64,000 bases of DNA, from positions 1,233,762 through 1,297,761 of the forward strand of contig OZ244202.1 of NCBI GenBank assembly GCA_965216815.1. The letters run 5' to 3'. Origin of the DNA: Acidimicrobiales bacterium. GTDB lineage: Bacteria; Actinomycetota; Acidimicrobiia; Acidimicrobiales; SHLQ01. Under the pieces are notes generated by a model, which was given only the letters and a program-made list of their open reading frames with translations, did not search any database and was not told the origin of the DNA. The position numbers were made by a program, and so were the translations under genes. Below, in pieces: positions 60,806 to 64,000 of this stretch (position 1 is its first letter; each line of letters opens with the position of its first letter).

Positions 60806-61588
60806 GTGGCAACTGACAAAGCGCCGCTGCCCGAGCGCATGCAGGAGAAGGCCTCCGAGCTAGGCGACTCGATCCAGGGCTCCCAGGCGTGGACCTCGAT
60901 CTTCCGCCCGGGTTCGATATTCCGGAAGGGCTACACCGACAGCCCGAGGAACCGCTCCTACGTGATCATGAACAGCGTGCTCTATCACCTCCACCCGGTG
61001 AAGGTGAAGCGGCACGCGGTCAAGGTCAGCTACACGCTTTGTCTGGGCGGCCTCAGTTTCTTCCTCTTCATCCTGCTCACCGTCACCGGCATATTCTTGA
61101 TGTTCTTCTACCGACCGACGGCCGCAGCCGCCTGGGACGACATCTCGACCCTCCAGACCTCGGTGACCTTCGGCCTGCTCGTGCGCAACATGCACAGATG
61201 GGCGGCCCATCTCATGGTGCTGTCGGTGTTCTTGCACATGGCCCGCGTCTTCTACCACGGTGCTTACAAGCCACCGCGAGAGTTCAACTGGGTAATCGGC
61301 GTGATCCTGCTCACGCTCACCCTGCTGTTGTCGTTCACCGGCTACCTGCTGCCGTGGGACCAGCTGGCTCTGTGGGCTGTGACCGTGGGTACGAACATGA
61401 TGGGATTCACACCCGTTTTCGGTGATCAGGTCAGATTCGTGCTGCTCGGAGGGGTCGAAATCGGCACTGACACGCTGCTGCGCTGGTACGTGCTGCACGT
61501 GCTGATGTTGCCCTTCGTCATCGTGATCTTCATGGCAATCCACTTCTGGCGCGTCCGCAAGGACGGCGGAATCTCAGGACCGCTGTAG
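60806..61588 (+). CDS. qcrB: cytochrome b6-type subunit (N-terminal four-helix half of cytochrome b)
   Basis: ORF 60806..61588. Heme ligand pairs in 'RNMHRWAAHLMV...FLHMARVFYHG' and 'RWYVLHVLMLPFVIVIFMAIHFWRV'. GTG start after 'GAGGGAG'. Confidence 0.9.
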   Translation: MATDKAPLPERMQEKASELGDSIQGSQAWTSIFRPGSIFRKGYTDSPRNRSYVIMNSVLYHLHPVKVKRHAVKVSYTLCLGGLSFFLFILLTVTGIFLMFFYRPTAAAAWDDISTLQTSVTFGLLVRNMHRWAAHLMVLSVFLHMARVFYHGAYKPPREFNWVIGVILLTLTLLLSFTGYLLPWDQLALWAVTVGTNMMGFTPVFGDQVRFVLLGGVEIGTDTLLRWYVLHVLMLPFVIVIFMAIHFWRVRKDGGISGPL

Positions 61589-61590
61589 CC

Positions 61591-62394
61591 ATGACAGAGA
61601 TCCCCGAACACCTGCTCAAGAGGGCCCAGGAGGCTCGCGAGAAGGCCGCCGCTAAGTCCGGCGGCGATGCCGCCGAGTCGAGCCCTGCGACCGGCGATGC
61701 CGGTGACGACGCGCCGGCGAGCGAGGCCGCCAGCAAGATACCCGCCCACCTGCTCGAACGGTCACGCGCCGCGCGTGCCAAGGCCGGCGGCGACGATGCG
61801 CCGGCCGATACCCCTGCTGCGGCGACTCCGGCTGCCGCGGGTGACGGCGGTGGTGGCGAAATGGTTACCTCCGGAGCGCCGGTTCCGACCGGTCCCGACG
61901 GTCACACGCAGCGGCTGCTCACCGTCGTCAAGTCGGGTTCGATCCAAGACGTCAAGGCCAAACCGCAGGACAAGGTCCACACGTGGCCCCACCTGCTCGT
62001 CATCGAGTTCGTAGCTGCGCTGGTCATAACCGCATTCACATTGGTCTTTTCGATCTTCGTCAACGCGCCGCTGCTCGAGTTGGCCAACTTCAACGAGACC
62101 CCCAACCCGTCGAAGGCACCTTGGTACTTCCTCGGCCTTCAGGAACTGCTCACGATGTTCCACCCGATGGTCGCCGGCGTGACCATTCCGGGCATGGGCA
62201 TCTTCATGTTGATCCTCGCTCCGTACATCGACAAGAACCCGTCGAACAAGCCCGAGGATCGCAAGTTCGCCATCGCGATCATGACCTTGCACCTCATGTT
62301 CTGGACCGTGCTGGTCATGATCGGATCGTTCTTCCGTGGACCGGGTTTCAACTTCGTGTTCCCGTGGAACGATGGACTCTTCTTCGAGCTGTAG
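61591..62394 (+). CDS. subunit IV-type protein (C-terminal half of cytochrome b) with ~100-aa N-terminal extension
   Basis: ORF 61591..62394. 'NPSKAPWYFLGLQELL' is a PEWY-equivalent motif. 3 TM segments. The extension carries two 'IPxHLLxRS' repeats. Confidence 0.8.
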   Translation: MTEIPEHLLKRAQEAREKAAAKSGGDAAESSPATGDAGDDAPASEAASKIPAHLLERSRAARAKAGGDDAPADTPAAATPAAAGDGGGGEMVTSGAPVPTGPDGHTQRLLTVVKSGSIQDVKAKPQDKVHTWPHLLVIEFVAALVITAFTLVFSIFVNAPLLELANFNETPNPSKAPWYFLGLQELLTMFHPMVAGVTIPGMGIFMLILAPYIDKNPSNKPEDRKFAIAIMTLHLMFWTVLVMIGSFFRGPGFNFVFPWNDGLFFEL

Positions 62395-62409
62395 GCAGGT
62401 GATCGACCA

Positions 62410-63261
62410 ATGAGTGCGTTGGCCATAGCCGTTCCGATCCTGATCGTGCTCGCCGCCGTCGTGTTGTTCGCGGCCTACCGGCGACGCGATGCCGGCGACG
62501 CCACCGGGCAGCTCTCGCGAGAAACGCGCAAACGCGACGTCGGTGAACCGCTCGTCGGGCAAGAGTCGCCCCCACCGACCGGCAAAGCGATAGAGCGCGC
62601 CGCGGTGATCGAGCGGACCCAGGGCGAGCTGGTCCCCACCGAAACGGCTCCCCCTGCGCCGTACGTACCGCCCGACATCGAGGAGATCGGCGTCAACCGG
62701 CGCCAGTTCCTCAACCGCAGCATCGTCGGCTCGTTCGCACTCGGCCTAGGAGGGTTCGGCGCCGCTTGCGTCGCCTTCCTGTGGCCTCAAGGCGGCGAGG
62801 GCTTCGGGTCTCGCATCAACGTAGGCTTGCTGTCGGACGTCAAGGCCGAGATCGGCGACAACAATGGGTTCCTCTACAAGCCCGAGGGACGTATGTGGGT
62901 GACCGAGTACCCGGTCGGGGCAATCGAGAAGGCACGGGCCGTGTATCCCGACAACGTCATCAGCGGCATGCAGGAGGGCGTCGTCGCCCTCTACCAGAAG
63001 TGCCCTCATCTCGGCTGCCGAGTGCCCGAATGCGTGACCTCGCAGTGGTTCGAGTGCCCATGTCACGGCTCTCAATACAACCGCGTCGGTGAAAAGCGCG
63101 GTGGCCCTGCGCCGCGGGGTATGGATCTGTTCGCGATGGAGATCGCCGACGGAAACCTCGTCGTCGACACGGGCACGATCGTCAACGGAGCCCCGATCGG
63201 GACCAACACGACCGGTCAGGAAGCCGAAGGCCCACACTGTCTGGGAGAGTCGGACCACTGA
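62410..63261 (+). CDS. qcrA: Rieske [2Fe-2S] iron-sulfur subunit
   Basis: ORF 62410..63261. 'CPHLGC' and 'CPCHGS' boxes. An internal twin-arginine-like 'NRRQFLNRS' precedes a TM segment. There is an extra N-terminal TM segment. Confidence 0.9.
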   Translation: MSALAIAVPILIVLAAVVLFAAYRRRDAGDATGQLSRETRKRDVGEPLVGQESPPPTGKAIERAAVIERTQGELVPTETAPPAPYVPPDIEEIGVNRRQFLNRSIVGSFALGLGGFGAACVAFLWPQGGEGFGSRINVGLLSDVKAEIGDNNGFLYKPEGRMWVTEYPVGAIEKARAVYPDNVISGMQEGVVALYQKCPHLGCRVPECVTSQWFECPCHGSQYNRVGEKRGGPAPRGMDLFAMEIADGNLVVDTGTIVNGAPIGTNTTGQEAEGPHCLGESDH

Positions 63262-64000
63262 TGTCGTCCTCGTTCGCAATCGTCCTCGGGGCGACCTCGA
63301 CCCAGCGCGCAATCGGGTGGATCCTTGCGTCCCTGGTCGTCGTCGGTTTGCTGGGCTACTTCCTGTTCAATCTCCGGACCGGGAACAAGGAGATCGGCTC
63401 GGAGATCGAGCTCGCTCCCAACCGCAAGCCCTACTACGACGACGAGATCCTCGAGGGCCGCAAGCTCGACCTGTCGCTCAGCTTTGCGCTCGTGCTGTTG
63501 ACCTTCACCGCCGTCGCGCTGCCGATCTACTGGCTAGCCGAGCCCGGCCGGATGGCAGGCGCCGAGGAGGGCCTCGACCGCACGCTCACCAACCGTGGCA
63601 CGGACCTTTATGACGAGAACTGTGCGAATTGCCATGGGCCCGGCGCGACGGGCGGGTCGACCGCCGTCACGCTCACCGACGAGAACGGAGACTTCGTCGC
63701 GCAGGTCACCTGGGCCGCGCCATCGCTGACCACTGTGTTGTCGCGTTTCGATGAGGACGAGGTTCGCCACATCCTCAACTTCGGGCGCAACGGAGTCATG
63801 CCCGCCTGGGGTGCGCCCGGCGGCGGCCCGATGACCACCCAACAGATAGACGAGCTCATCTATTACATGCGGTCGGTGCAGCTCACGCCCGAAGAGGCAT
63901 CCAAGGAGGTCGAAGACGGCATACGCGCCGGCGTGCGCCAGGAGCTCATCGACACCGGTGAGGTCTCGGCCGACGCCCCCGCCGAGGAGATCGACGCCGC
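63261..64000 (+). CDS. qcrC: membrane-bound cytochrome c subunit (QcrC-like), 3' end outside window
   Basis: The frame is open from the ATG at 63261 (TGATG overlap with the Rieske stop) to the window end. It is absent from the ORF track because no stop is reached. Two TM segments, 'PIYWLAEPGR', 'CANCHG', 'GVMPAWG'. Confidence 0.8.
   Translation, partial: MSSSFAIVLGATSTQRAIGWILASLVVVGLLGYFLFNLRTGNKEIGSEIELAPNRKPYYDDEILEGRKLDLSLSFALVLLTFTAVALPIYWLAEPGRMAGAEEGLDRTLTNRGTDLYDENCANCHGPGATGGSTAVTLTDENGDFVAQVTWAAPSLTTVLSRFDEDEVRHILNFGRNGVMPAWGAPGGGPMTTQQIDELIYYMRSVQLTPEEASKEVEDGIRAGVRQELIDTGEVSADAPAEEIDA

Overview
The window is GC-rich with strong third-position GC bias. It looks like core chromosome from an actinobacterium: it carries mshA for mycothiol, a WhiB7-type regulator and a rex-hem operon. 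The Bacillus-style caa3 oxidase and split cytochrome b suggest a deep-branching lineage such as Acidimicrobiia, but that is inference.

Most of the content is aerobic respiration and heme biosynthesis:
- ctaB is followed by three intact paralogs of oxidase subunits I/III/IV that have lost every heme/copper ligand (934-3964). The real caa3-type ctaC-ctaD-ctaE-ctaF-ctaG follows.
- ccdA and a resA-like cytochrome c maturation pair are present.
- rex-sirC-hemA-hemC-cobA/hemD is separated by about 8.5 kb of accessory genes from hemB-hemL-pgi.
- A geranylgeranyl reductase and a membrane cytochrome c are present.
- An unusual Rieske/cytochrome b6/subunit IV/cytochrome c operon is preceded by a small membrane protein and a 2x[4Fe-4S] ferredoxin (59886 to the window end).

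Housekeeping genes include serS, two crcB, pdxH, orn, dut, an ATP-dependent DNA ligase, tRNA-Lys(UUU), proC, mshA, fadD and rmlA.

Structure not explained by genes:
- There are three families of intergenic repeats: a 33-bp tandem unit that supplies the last codons and stop of two genes, a roughly 155-bp element with a 16-19 bp stem in three copies, and a shared palindromic hairpin in two copies.
- A WhiB7-type leader carries an AT-rich site, a -35 box, a candidate uORF and an intrinsic terminator.
- Rex-box-like operators sit upstream of rex and of the Rieske/b6 operon.
- A two-component system is decayed and its 5' end abuts one of the repeat copies.
- Several frameshifts fall in G/C homopolymer runs. 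These may be assembly errors rather than biology.

No CRISPR array, transposase, integrase or recognisable defence system was seen. Many neighbouring genes overlap by 1-8 nt (ATGA/GTGA), which indicates translational coupling. Many long R/P/S-rich ORFs in the six-frame track are alternative-frame artefacts of the GC-rich sequence.
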